Shown here: one piece after another, positions 20,301 to 36,300 of the stretch | Numbering within the stretch: the stretch's first letter is position 1 | How the letters are laid out: every line of letters begins with the position of its first letter | Assembly (NCBI GenBank): GCA_964016885.1 | Contig: OZ024744.1 | Coordinates: 9,052,001 to 9,116,000 of the forward strand | Direction: 5' to 3' | DNA from: Eledone cirrhosa | Lineage: Eukaryota | DNA: 64,000 nucleotides | Position numbers and translations under genes: made by a program | Notes under the pieces: model-generated | What the model was told of the DNA's origin: nothing | Seen by the model: the letters and a program-made list of their open reading frames with translations, nothing else | Databases searched by the model: none

Positions 20301-23300
20301 CAGCGGCACCAATGTCTACAACAACAACAACAACAGCGGCACCAACGTCTACAACAACAACAACAACAGCGGCACCAATATCTACAACAACAACAACAGC
20401 GGCACCAATGTCTACAACAACTACAACAGCGGCACCAATGTCTACAACAACAACATCAGCGGCACCAATGTCTACAACAACAACAACACCGGCACCAATG
20501 TCTACAACAACAACAACAGCGGCACCAATGTCTACAACAACAACAGCGGCACCAATGTCTACAACAACAACAACAGCGGCACCAATGTCTACAACAACAA
20601 CAACAGTGGCACCAATGTCTACAACAACAACAACAGCGGCACCAATGTCTACAACAACAACAACAGCGGCACCAATGTCTACAACAACAACAACAACAGC
20701 GGCACCAATTTCTACAACAACAACAACAGCGGCACCAATGTCTACAACAACAACAACAGCGGCACCAATGTCTACAACAACAACAACACCGGCACCAATG
20801 TCTACAACAACAACAACACCGGCACCAATGTCTACAACAACAACAACAGCGGCACCAATGTCTACAACAACAACAACAGCGGCACCAATGTCTACAACAA
20901 CAACAGCGGCACCAATGTCTACAACAACAACAACAACAGCGGCACCAATGTCTACAACAACAACAACAACTCCGGCACCAATATCTACAACAACAACAGC
21001 GGCACCAATGTCTACAACAACAACAACAACAACAGCGGCACCAATGTCTACAACAACAACAACACCGGCACCAATGGCTACAACAACAACAACAGCGGCA
21101 CCAATGTCTACAACAACAGCAACAACAGCGGCACCAATGTCTACAACAACAACAACAGTGGCACCAATGTCTACAACAACAACAACAACACCGGCACCAA
21201 TGTCTACAACAACAACAACAACAGCGGCACCAATGTCTACAACAACAACAACAGTGGCACCAATGTCTACAACAACAGCAACAACAGCGGCACCAATGTC
21301 TACAACAACAACAACAGCGGCATCAATGTCTACAACAACAGCAACAACAGCGGCACCAATGTCTACAACAACAACAACAGCGGCACCAATGTCTACAGCA
21401 ACAACAACAACAGCGGCACCAATGTCTACAACAACAACAACAACACCGGCACCAATGTCTACAACAACAACAACAGCGGCACCAATGTCTACAACAACAA
21501 CAACAACACCGGCACCAATGTCTACAACAACAACAACAGCGGCACCAATGTCTACAACAACAACAACAGCGGCACCAATGTCTACAACAACAACAACAGC
21601 GGCACCAATGTCTACAACAACAACAACACCGGCACCAATGTCTACAACAACAGCAACAACAGCGGCACCAATGTCTACAACAACAACAACAGCGGCACCA
21701 ATGTCTACAACAACAACAACACCGGCACCAATGTCTACAACAACAACAACACCGGCACCAATGTCTACAACAACAACAACAGTGGCACCAATGTCTACAA
21801 CAACAGCAACAACAGCGGCACCAATGTCTACAACAACAACAACAGCGGCACCAATGTCTACAACAACAACAACAACAGCGGCACCAATGTCTACAACAAC
21901 AACAACAACACCGGCACCAATGTCTACAACAACAACAACAGCGGCACCAATGTCTACAACAACAACAACACCGGCACCAATGTCTACAACAACAGCAACA
22001 ACAGCGGCACCAATGTCTACAACAACAACAACAGCGGCACCAATGTCTACAACAACAACAACAGCGGCACCAATGTCTACAACAACAACAACACCGGCAC
22101 CAATGTCTACAACAACAGCAACAACAGCGGCACCAATGTCTACAACAACAACAACAGCGGCACCAATGTCTACAACAACAACAACACCGGCACCAATGTC
22201 TACAACAACAATATCACCGGCACCAATGTCTACAACAACAACAACAGCGGCACGAATGTCTACAACAACAACAACAGCGGCACCAATGTCTACAACAACA
22301 ACAACAGCGGCACCAATGTCTACAACAACAACAACAGCAACAACAGCGGCACCAATGTCTACAACAACAACACGGGCACCAATGTCTACAACAACAACAA
22401 CAGCGGCACCAATGTCTACAACAACAACAACAACACCGGCACCAATATCTACAACAACAACAACACCGGCACCAATGTCTACAACAACAACAACAGCGGC
22501 ACCAATGTCTACAACAACAACAACAGCGGCACCAATGTCTACAACAACAACAGCGGCACCAATGTCTACAACAACAACAGCGGCACCAATGTCTACAACA
22601 ACAACAACAGCGGCACCAATGTCTACAACAACAACAACAGCGGCACCAATGTCTACAACAACAACAACAGCAACAACAGCGGCACCAATGTCTAAAACCA
22701 CAACAACAGCGGCACCAATGTCTACAACAACAACAACAACAGCGGCACCAATGTCTACAACAACAACAACAACAGCGGCACCAATGTCTACAACAACAAC
22801 AACACCGGCACCAATGTCTAAAACAACAACAACAGCGGCACCAATGTCTACAACAACAACAACAGCGGCACAAATGTCTACAACAACAACAACAACAGCG
22901 GCACCAATGTCTACAACAACAACAACAGCGGCACCAATGTCTACAAAAACAACAACGACACCGTCACCAATGTCTACAACAACAACAACACCAGCACCAA
23001 TGTCTACAACAACAACAACAGCGGCACCAATGTCTACAACAACAACAACACCGGCACCAATGTCTAATACAACAACAGCGGCACCAATGTCTACAAAAAC
23101 AACAACAGCGGCACCAATGTCTACAAAAACAACAACAGCGGCACCAATGTCTACAAAAACAACAACAGCGGCACCAATGTCTACAACAACAACAACACCG
23201 GCACCAATGTCTACAACAACAACAACACCGGCACCAATGTCTAATACAACAACAACAGCGGCACCAATGTCTACAACAACAACAACAGCGGCACCAATGT

Positions 23301-26300
23301 CTACAACAACAACAACAACAACAGTGTCACCAATGTCTACAACAACAACAACACCGTCACCAATGTCTACAAAAACAACAACAGCGGCACCAATGTCTAC
23401 AACAACAACGACACCGTCACCAATGTCTACAACAACAACAACACCAGCACCAATGTCTACAACAACAACAACAACAGCGGCACCAATGTCTACAACAACA
23501 ACAACAGCGTCACCAATGTCTACAACAACAACAACACCGTCACCAATGTCTACAAAAACAACAACAGCGGCACCAATGTCTACAACAACAACAACACCGT
23601 CACCAATGTCTACAACAACAACAACACCGGCACCAATGTCTACAACAACAACAACAGCGGCACCAATGTCTACAACAACAACAGCAGCGGCACCAATGTC
23701 TACAACAACAACAACAACAGCGGCACCAATGTCTACAACAACAACAACAACATCGGCACCAATGTCTACAACAACAACAGCAGCGGCACCAATGTCTACA
23801 ACAACAACAACACCGGCACCAATCTCTACAACAACAACAACAGCGGCACCAATGTCTACAACAACAACAACACCGGCACCAATGTCTACAACAACAACAA
23901 CAGCGGCACCAATGTCTACAACAACAACAACACCGGCACCAATGTCTACAACAACAACAACAACAGCGGCACCAATGTCTACAACAACAACAACAACAGC
24001 GGCACCAATGTCTACAACAACAACAACAACAGCGGCACCAATGTCTACAACAACAACAACAACACCGGCACCAATGTCTACAACAACAACAACAACAGCG
24101 GCACCAATGTCTACAACAACAACAACACCGGCACCAATGTCTACAACAACAACAACAACAGCGGCACCAATGTCTACAACAACAACAACATCGGCACGAA
24201 TGTCTACAACAACAACAACACCGGCACCAATGTCTACAACAACAACAACAACAGCGGCACCAATGTCTACAACAACAACAACATCGGCACGAATGTCTAC
24301 AACAACAACAACACCGGCACCAATGTCTACAACAACAACAACAGCGGCACCAATGTCTACAACAACAACAACAACAGCGGCACCAATGTCTACAACAACA
24401 ACAACAGCGGCACCAATGTCTACAACAACAACAACAGCGGCACCAATGTCTACAACAACAACGACAGCGGCACCAATGTCTACAACAACAACAACAACAC
24501 CGGCACCAATGTCTACAACAACAACAACATCGGCACGAATGTCTACAACAACAACAACACCGGCACCAATGTCTACAACAACAACAACAGCGGCACCAAT
24601 GTCTACAACAACAACAACAACACCGGCACCAATGTCTACAACAACAACAGCGGCAAAAATGTCTACAACAACAACAACACCGGCACCAATGTCTACAACA
24701 ACAACAACAGCGGCACCAATGTCTACAACAACAACAACAGTGGCACCAATGTCTACAACAACAACAACAACAACGGCACCAATGTCTACAACAACAACAA
24801 CACCGGCACCAATGTCTACAACAACAACAACAGCGGCACCAATGTCTACAACAACAACAACAGTGGCACCAATGTCTACAACAACAACAACAACAGCGGC
24901 ACCAATGGCTACAACAACAACAACAGCGGCACCAATGTCTACAACAACAACAACAGCGGCACCAATGTCTACAACAACAACAACAACACCGGCATCAATG
25001 TCTACAACAACAACAACACCGGCACCAACGTCTACAACAACAACAACAGGGGCACCAATGTCTACAACAACAACAACACCGGCACCAATGTCTACAACAA
25101 CAACAACAGCGGCACCAATGTCTACAACAACAACAACAGGGGCACCAATGTCTACAACAACAACAACAGCGGCACCAGTGTCTACAACAACAACAGCGGC
25201 ACCAATGTCTACAACAACAACAACAACACCGGCACCAATATCTACAACAACAACAACAGCGGCACCAGTGTCTACAACAACAACAACAGCGGCACCAACG
25301 TCTACAACAACAAGAACAGCGGCACCAACGTCTACAACAACAACAACAACAGGGGCACCAATGTCTACAACAACAACAACAGCGGCACCAATGTCTACAA
25401 CAACAACAACAACAGCGGCACCAACGTCTACAACAACAACATCAGCGGCACCAATGTCTACAACAACAACAACAGCGGCACCAATGTCTACAACAACAAC
25501 AACAGCGGCACCAATGTCTACAACAACAACAACAGTGGCACCAATGTCTACAACAACAACAACAGCGGCACCAATGTCTACAACAACAAAAACAGCGGCA
25601 CCAATGTCTACAACAACAACAACAACAGCGGCACCAATGTCTACAACAACAACAACAACACCGGCACCAATATCTACAACAACAACAACACCGGCACCAA
25701 TGTCTACAACAACAACAACAGCGGCACCAATGTCTACAACAATAACAGCGGCACCAATGTCTACAACAACAACAACATCGGCACGAATGTCTACAACAAC
25801 AACAACACCGGCACCAATGTCTACAACAACAACAACAGCGGCACCAATGTCTACAACAACAACAACAACACCGGCACCAATGTCTACAACAACAACAGCG
25901 GCAAAAATGTCTACAACAACAACAACACCGGCACCAATGTCTACAACAACAACAACAGTGGCACCAATGTCTACAACAACAACAACAACAACGGCACCAA
26001 TGTCTACAACAACAACAACACCGGCACCAATGTCTACAACAACAACAACAGCGGCACCAATGTCTACAACAACAACAACAGTGGCACCAATGTCTACAAC
26101 AACAACAACAACAGCGGCACCAATGTCTACAACAACAACAACAACAGTGGCACCAATGTCTACAACAACAACAACAACACCGGCACCAATGTCTACAACA
26201 ACAACAACAGCGGCACCAGTGTCTACAACAACAACAACAGCGGCACCAATGTCTACAACAACAACAACAACAGTGGCACCAATGTCTACAACAACAACAA

Positions 26301-27349
26301 CAACAGCGGCACCAATGTCTACAACAACAACAACAGTGGCACCAATGTCTACAACAACAACAACAACAGCGGCACCAATGTCTACAACAACAACAACAAC
26401 AGTGGCACCAATGTCTACAACAACAACAACAACACCGGCACCAATGTCTACAACAACAACAACAGCGGCACCAATGTCTACAACAACAACAACAGCGGCA
26501 CCAATGTCTACAACAACAACAACAACAGCGGCACCAATGTCTACAACAACAACAACAGCGGCACCAATGTCTACAACAACAACAACACCGGCACCAATGT
26601 CTACAACAACAACAACAGCGGCACCAATGTCTACAACAACAACAGCGGCACCAATGTCTACAACAACAACAACAGCGGCACCAATGTCTACAACAACAAC
26701 AGCGGCACCCATGTCTACAACAACAACAACACCGGCACCAATGTCTACAACAACAACAACAGCGGCACCAATGTCAACAACAACAACAGCGGCACCAATG
26801 TCTACAACAACAACAACAGCGGCACCAATGTCTACAACAACAACAACAGCGGCACCAATGTCTACAACAACAACAACAACACCGGCACCAATATCTACAA
26901 CAACAACAACACCGGCACCAATGTCTACAACAACAACAACAACAGCGGCACCAATGTCTACAACAACAACAACAACAACAACAGCGGCACCAATGTCTAC
27001 AACAACAACAACACCGGCACCAATGTCTACAACAACAACAACAGCGGCACCAGTGTCTACAACAACAACAACAGCGGCACCAATGTCTACAACAACAACA
27101 ACAACAGTGGCACCAATGTCTACAACAACAACAACAACAGCGGCACCAATGTCTACAACAACAACAACAGTGGCACCAATGTCTACAACAACAACAACAA
27201 CAGCGGCACCAATGTCTACAACAACAACAACAACAGTGGCACCAATGTCTACAACAACAACAACAACACCGGCATCAACGTCTACAACAACAACATCAGC
27301 GGCACCAATGTCTACAACAACAACAACAGCGGCACCAATGTCTACATAA
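17393..27349 (+). other. Possible mucin-like PTS (Thr-rich) reading frame over the minisatellite; coding status unproven
   Basis: Translates as (MSTTTTTAAP)n. No signal peptide or folded domain. Interrupted by TAA at 27347, 30092, 38105 and 42665; appears open again from 42668 to the window end. Confidence 0.25.
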
Positions 27350-30300
27350 ACAACAACAGCGGCACCAATGTCTACAACAACAACAACAGCGGCACCAATG
27401 TCTACAACAACAACAACAGTGGCAACAATGTCTACAACAACAACAACAGCGGCACCAATGTCTACAACAACAACAACAGCGGCACCAATGTCTACAACAA
27501 CAACAACAACAGCGGCACCAATGTCTACAACAACAACAACACCGGCACCAATGTCTACAACAACAACAACAGCGGCACCAATGTCTACAACAACAACAAC
27601 ACCGGCACCAATGTCTACAACAACAACAACAACAGCGGCACCAATGTCTACAACAACAACAACGACAGCGGCACCAATATCTACAACAACAACAACAACA
27701 CCGGCACCAATGTCTACAACAACAACAACACCGGCACCAACGTCTACAACAACAACAACAGTGGCACCAATGTCTACAACAACAACAACACCGGCACCAA
27801 TGTCTACAACAACAACAACAGCGGCACCAATGTCTACAACAACAACAACACCGGCACCAATGTCTACAACAACAACAACAGGGGCACCAATGTCTACAAC
27901 AACAACAACACCGGCGCCAATGTCTACAACAACAACAACAACAGCGGCACCAATGTCTACAACAACAACAACACCGGCACCAATGTCTACAACAACAACA
28001 ACAACTCCGGCACCAATTTCTACAACAACAACAGCGGCACCAATGTCTACAACAACAACAACAACAGCGACACCAATGTCTACAACAACAACAACATCGG
28101 CACCAATGTCTACAACAACAACAACAGCGGCACCAATGTCTACAACAACAACAACACCGGCACCAATGTCTACAACAACAACAGCGGCACCAATGTCTAC
28201 AACAACAGCAACAACAGCGGCATCAATGTCTACAACAACAACAACAGCGGCACCAATGTCTACAACAACAACAACAGCGGCACCAATGTCTACAACAACA
28301 ACAGCGGCACCAATGTCTACAACAACAACAAAAGCGGCACCAATGTCTACAACAACAACAACACCGGCACCAATGTCTACAACAACAACAGCGGCACCAA
28401 TGTCTACAACAACAACAACAACACCGGCACCAATGTCTACAACAACAACAACAACAGCGGCACCAATGTCTACAACAACAACAACAACAGCGGCACCAAT
28501 GTCTACAACAACAACAACAACACCGGCACCAATGTCTACAACAACAACAAAAGCGGCACCAATGTCTACAACAACAACAACAGTGGCACCAATGTCTACA
28601 ACAACAACAGCGGCAAAAATGTCTACAACAACAACAACACCGGCACCAATGTCTACAACAACAACAACAGCGGCACCAATGTCTACAACAACAACAACAA
28701 CACCGGCATCAATGTCTACAACAACAACAACACCGGCACCAACGTCTACAACAACAACAACAGGGGCACCAATGTCTACAACAACAATAACACCGGCACC
28801 AATGTCTACAACAACAACAACAGCGGCACCAATGTCTACAACAACAACAACAGGGGCACCAATGTCTACAACAACAACAACAGCGGCACCAGTGTCTACA
28901 ACAACAACAGCGGCACCAATGTCTACAACAACAACAACAACACCGGCACCAATATCTACAACAACAACAACAGCGGCACCAGTGTCTACAACAACAACAA
29001 CAGGGGCACCAACGTCTACAACAACAACAACAGGGGCACCAATGTCTACAACAACAACAACAGCGGCACCAATGTCTACAACAACAACAACAGCGGCACC
29101 AATGTCTACAACAACAACAACAGCGGCACCAATGTCTACAACAACAAAAACAGCGGCACCAATGTCTACAACAACAACAACAGCGGCACCAATGTCTACA
29201 ACAACAACAACAACAGCGGCACCAATGTCTACAACAACAACAACAGCGGCACCAATGTCTACAACAACAACAACAACAGCGGCACCAATGTCTACAACAA
29301 CAACAACAGCGGCACCAATGTCTACAACAACAACAACAACAGCGGCACCAATGTCTACAACAACAACAACAACACCGGCACCAATATCTACAACAACAAC
29401 AACACCGGCACCAATGTCTACAACAACAACAACAGCGGCACCAATGTCTACAACAACAACAACAACACCGGCACCAATATCTACAACAACAACAACAACA
29501 GCGGCACCAATGTCTACAACAACAACAACAACAACAACAGCGGCACCAATGTCTACAACAACAACAACACCGGCACCAATGTCTACAACAACAACGGCAC
29601 CAATGTCTACAACAACAACAACAGCGGCACCAATGTCTACAACAACAACAACACCGGCACCAATGTCTACAACAACAACAACAGCGGCACCAATGCCTAC
29701 AACAACAACAACAGCGGCACCAATGTCTACAACAACAACAACAGCGGCACCAATGTCTACAACAACAACAACAGCGGCACCAATGTCTACAACAACAACA
29801 GCGGCACCAATGTCTACAACAACAACAACAGCGGCACCAATATCTACAACAACAACAACAGCGGCACCAATGTCTACAACAACAACAACACCAGCACCAA
29901 TGTCTACAACAACAACAACAGCAGCACCAATGTCTACAACAACAACAACAGCGGCACCAATGTCTACAACAACAACAACACTGGCACCAATGTCTACAAC
30001 AACAACAACAACAGCGGCACCAACGTCTACAACAACAACATCAGCGGCACCAATGTCTACAACAACAACAACAGCGGCACCAATGTCTACATAAACAACA
30101 ACAGCGGCAGTAATGTCTACAACAACAACAACAGCGGCACCAATGTCTACAACAACAACAACAGTGGCACCAATGTCTACAACAACAACAACAGCGGCAC
30201 CAATGTCTACAACAACAACAACAGCGGCGCCAATGTCTACAACAACAACAACAACAGCGGCACCAATGTCTACAACAACAACAACAACAGCGGCACCAAT

Positions 30301-33300
30301 ATCTACAACAACAACAACACCGGCACCAATATCTACAACAACAACAACACCGGCACCAATGTCTACAACAACAACAACAACAGCGGCACCAATGTCTACA
30401 ACAACAACAACAACAGCGGCACCAATGTCTACAACAACAACAACAGCGGCACCAATGTCTACAACAACAACAACAGCGGCACCAATGTCTACAACAACAA
30501 CAACACCGGCACCAATGTCTACAACAACAACAGTGGCACCAATGTCTACAACAACAACAACAGCGGCACCAATGTCTACAACAACAACAACAGCGGCACC
30601 AATGTCTACAACAACAACAACACCGGCACCAATGTCTACAACAACAACAGTGGCACCAATGTCTACAACAACAGCAACAACAGCGGCACCAATGTCTACA
30701 ACAACAACAACAGCGGCACCAATGTCTACAACAACAGCAACAGCGGCACCAATGTCTACAACAACAACAACAGCGGCACCAATGTCTACAACAACAACAA
30801 CAGCGGCACCAATGTCTACAACAACAACAACAGCGGCACCAATGTCTACAACAACAACAACAGCGGCACCAATGTCTACAACAACAACAACAGCGGCACC
30901 AATGTCTACAACAACAACAACAGCGGCACCAATGTCTACAACAACAGCAACAGCGGCACCAATGTCTACAACAACAGCAACAGCGGCACCAATGTCTACA
31001 ACAACAACAACAGCGGCACCAATATCTACAACACCAACAACAGCGGCACCAATGTCTACAACAACAACAACAGCGGCACCAATGTCTACAACAACAACAA
31101 CAGCGGCACCAATGTCTACAACAACAACAACAACACCGGCACCAATGTCTACAACAACAACAACAGCGGCACCAATGTCTACAACAACAACAACAACACC
31201 GGCACCAAAGTCTACAACAACAACAACAGCGGCACCAATATCTACAACAACAACAACAGCGGCACCAATGTCTACAACAACAACAACACCGGCACCAATG
31301 TCTACAACAACAACAACAGCGGCACCAATGTCTACAACAACAACAACAGCGGCACCAACGTCTACAACAACAACAACAGCGGCACCAGTGTCTACAAAAA
31401 CAACAACAGCGGCACCAATGTCTACAACAATAACAACAGCGGCACCAATGTCTACAACAACAACAACACCGGCACCAATGTCTACAACAACAACAACAGC
31501 GGCACCAATGTCTACAACAACAACAACAACAGCAGCACCAATGTCTACAACGACAACAACAACTCCGGCACCAATGTCTACAACAACAACAGCGGCACCA
31601 ATGTCTACAACAACAACAACAGCGGCACCAATGTCTACAACAACAACAACAGCGGCACCAATGTCTACAACAACAACAACACCGGCACCAATGTCTACAA
31701 CAACAACAACAACACCGGCACCAATGTCTACAACAACAACAACAGCGGCACCAATGTCTACAACAACAACAACACCGGCACCAATGTCTACAACAACAAC
31801 AGTGGCACCAATGTCTACAACAACAACAACACCGGCACCAATGTCTACAACAACAACAACACCGGCACCAATGTCTACAACAACAACAACAACAGCAGCA
31901 CCAATGTCTACAACAACAACAACAACTCCGGCACCAATGTCTACAACAACAACAGCGGCACCAATGTCTACAACAACAACAACGGCGGCACCAATGTCTA
32001 CAACAACAACAACAGCGGCACCAATGTCTACAACAACAACAACAGCGGCACCAATGTCTACAACAACAACAACAGCGGCACCAATGTCTACAACAACAAC
32101 AACAACACCGGCACCAATGTCTACAACAACAACAACAGCGGCACCAATGTCTACAACAACAACAACACCACCGGCACCAATGTCTACAACAACAACAACA
32201 GCGGCACCAATGTCTACAACAACAGCAACAACAGCGGCACCAATGTCTACAACAACAACAGCGGCACCAATGTCTACAACAACAACAACAACACCGGCAC
32301 CAATGTCTACAACAACAACAACAGCGGCACCAATGTCTACAACAACAACAACAGCGGCATCAATGTCTACAACAACAACAACAGCGGCACCAATGTCTAC
32401 AACAACAGCAACAACAGCGGCACCAATGTCTACAACAACAACAGCGGCACCAATGTCTACAACAACAACAATAACAGCGGCACCAATGTCTACAACAACA
32501 ACAACAGCGGCACCAATGTCTACAACAACAGCAACAACAGCGGCACCAGTGTCTACAACAACAACAGCGGCACCAATGTCTACAACAACATCAACACCGG
32601 CACCAATGTCTACAACAACAACAACAGCGGCACCAATGTCTACAACAACAACAACAGCGGCACCAATGTCTACAACAACAACAACAGCGGCACCAATGTC
32701 TACAACAACAACAACAACAGCGGCACCAATGTCTACAACAACAACAACAACACCGGCACCAATTTCTACAACAACAACAACAGCGGCACCAATGTCTACA
32801 ACAACAACAACAGCGGCACCAATGTCTACAACAACAACAACACCGGCACCAATGTCTACAACAACAACAACAGCGGCACCAATGTCTACAACAACAACAA
32901 CAGCGGCACCAATGTCTACAACAACAACAACAGCGGCACCAATGTCTACAACAACAACAACAACAACGGCAACAATGTCTACAACAACAACAACAGCGGC
33001 ACCAATGTCTACAACAACAACAGCAACACCGGCACCAATGTCTACAACAACAACAACAGCGGCACCAATGTCTACAACAACAGCAACAACAGCGGCACCA
33101 GTGTCTACAACAACAACAGCGGCACCAATGTCTACAACAACAACAACACCGGCACCAATGTCTACAACAACAACAACAACAGCGGCACCAATGTCTACAA
33201 CAACAACAACAGCGGCACCAATGTCTACAACAACAACAACAGCGGCACCAATGTCTACAACAACAACAACACCGGCACCAATGTCTACAACAACAACAAC

Positions 33301-36300
33301 AACAGCGGCACCAATGTCTACAACAACAACAACAGCGGCACCAATGTCTACAACAACAACAACACCGGCACCAATTTCTACAACAACAACAACAGCGGCA
33401 CCAATGTCTACAACAACAACAACAGCGGCACCAATGTCTACAACAACAACAACAGCGGCACCAATGTCTACAACAACAACACCGGCACCAATGTCTACAA
33501 CAACAACAACAGCGGCACTAATGTCTACAACAACAACAACAACAGCGGTACCAATGTCTACAACAACAACAACAGCGGCACCAATGTCTACAACAACAAC
33601 ACGGGCACCAATGTCTACAACAACAACAACAGCGGCACCAATGTCTACAACAACAACAACACCGGCACCAATGTCTACAACAACAACAACAGCGGCACCA
33701 ATGTCTACAACAACAACAACACCGGCACCAATGTCTACAACAACAACAACAGCGGCACCAATGTCTACAACAACAACAACAGCGGCACCAATGTCTACAA
33801 CAACAACAACACAGGCACCAATGTCTACAACAACAACAACACAGGCACCAATGTCTACAACAACAACAACAACAGCGGCACCAATGTCTACAACAACAAC
33901 AACAGCGGCACCAATGTCTACAACAACAACAACAACAGCGGCACCAATGTCTACAACAACAACAACACCGGCACCAATGTCTACAACAACAACAACAGCG
34001 GCACCAATGTCTACAACAACAACAACAGCGGCACCAATGTCTACAACAACAACAACAGCGGCACCAATGTCTACAACAACAACAACAGCGGCACCAATGT
34101 CTACAACAACAACAACAACAGCGGCACCAATGTCTACAACAACAACAACACAGGCACCAATGTCTACAACAACAACAACACAGGCACCAATGTCTACAAC
34201 AACAACAACACCGGCACCAATGTCTACAACAACAACATCAGCGGCACCAATGTCTACAACAACAACAACACCGGTACCAACGTCTACAACAACAACAACA
34301 GCGGCACCAATGTCTACAACAACAACAACACCGGCACCAATATCTACAACAACAACAACAGCGGCACCAATGTCTACAACAACAACAACAGCGGCACCAA
34401 TGTCTACAGCAACAACACCGGCACCAATGTCTACAACAACAACAACAGCGGCACCAATGTCTACAACAACAACAACAGTGGCACCAATGTCTACAACAAC
34501 AACAACAGCGGCACCAATGTCTACAACAACAACAACAGCGGCACGAATGTCTACAACAACAACAACAACTCCGGCACCAATATCTACAACAACAACAACA
34601 ACAGCGGCACCAATGTCTACAACAACAACAACAGCGGCACCAATGTCTACAACAACAACAACAACAACAACACCGGCACCAATGTCTACAACAACAACAA
34701 CAACAACAACACCGGCACCAATGTCTACAACAACAACAACAGTGGCACCAATGTCTACAACAACAACAACAGCGGCACCAATGTCTACAACAACAACAAC
34801 AGTGGCACCAATGTCTACAACAACAACAACAGCGGCACCAATGTCTACAACAACAACAACAGCGGCACGAATGTCTACAACAACAACAACAACTCCGGCA
34901 CCAATATCTACAACAACAACAACAACACCGGCACCAATGTCTACAACAACAACAACAGCGGCACCAATGTCTACAACAACAACAACAGCGGCACCAATGT
35001 CTACAACAACAACAACAACAACACCGGCACCAATGTCTACAACAACAACAACACCGGCACCAATGTCTACAACAACAACAACAGCGGCACCAATGTCTAC
35101 AACAACAACAACAACAGCGGCACCAATGTCTACAACAACAACAACAGCGGCACCAATGTCTACAACAACAACAACAACAGCGGCACCAATGTCTACAACA
35201 ACAACAACAACAGCGGCACCAATGTCTACAACAACAACAACAACACCGGCACCAATGTCTACAACAACAGCAACAACAGCGGCACCAATGTCTACAACAA
35301 CAACAACAACACCGGCACCAATGTCTACAACAACAACAACAACACCGGCACCAATGTCTACAACAACAGCAACAACAGCGGCACCAATGTCTACAACAAC
35401 AACAACAACACCGGCACCAATGTCTACAACAACAGCAACAACAGCGGCACCAATGTCTACAACAACAACAACAACACCGGCACCAATGTCTACAACAACA
35501 ACAACAACAGCGGCACCAATGTCTACAACAACAACAACAACACCGGCACCAATGTCTACAACAACAACAACAACACCGGCACCAATGTCTACAACAACAA
35601 CAACAACAGCGGCACCAATGTCTACAACAACAACAACACCGGCACCAATGTCTACAACAACAACAACAGCGGCACCAATGTCTACAACAACAACAACAGC
35701 GGCACCAATGTCTACAACAACAACAACAGCGGCACCAATGTCTACAACAACAACACCGGCACCAATGTCTACAACAACAACAACAGCGGCACTAATGTCT
35801 ACAACAACAACAACAACAGCGGCACCAATGTCTACAACAACAACACGGGCACCAATGTCTACAACAACAACAACAGCGGCACCAATGTCTACAACAACAA
35901 CAAAACCGGCACCAATGTCTACAACAACAACAACAGCGGCACCAATGTCTACAACAACAACAACACCGGCACCAATGTCTACAACAACAACAACAGCGGC
36001 ACCAATGTCTACAACAACAACAACAGCGGCACCAATGTCTACAACAACAACAACACAGGCACCAATGTCTACAACAACAACAACACAGGCACCAATGTCT
36101 ACAACAACAACAACAACAGCGGCACCAATGTCTACAACAACAACAACAGCGGCACCAATGTCTACAACAACAACAACAACAGCGGCACCAATGTCTACAA
36201 CAACAACAACACCGGCACCAATGTCTACAACAACAACGGCACCAATGTCTACAACAACAACAACAGCGGCACCAATGTCTACAACAACAACAACACCGGC

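Noticed and set aside
22214-22873. Cys-rich (CRHWCRCCCC)n ORF resembling metallothionein or keratin-associated proteins
   Set aside because: Another frame of the same repeat, bounded by sporadic variants.
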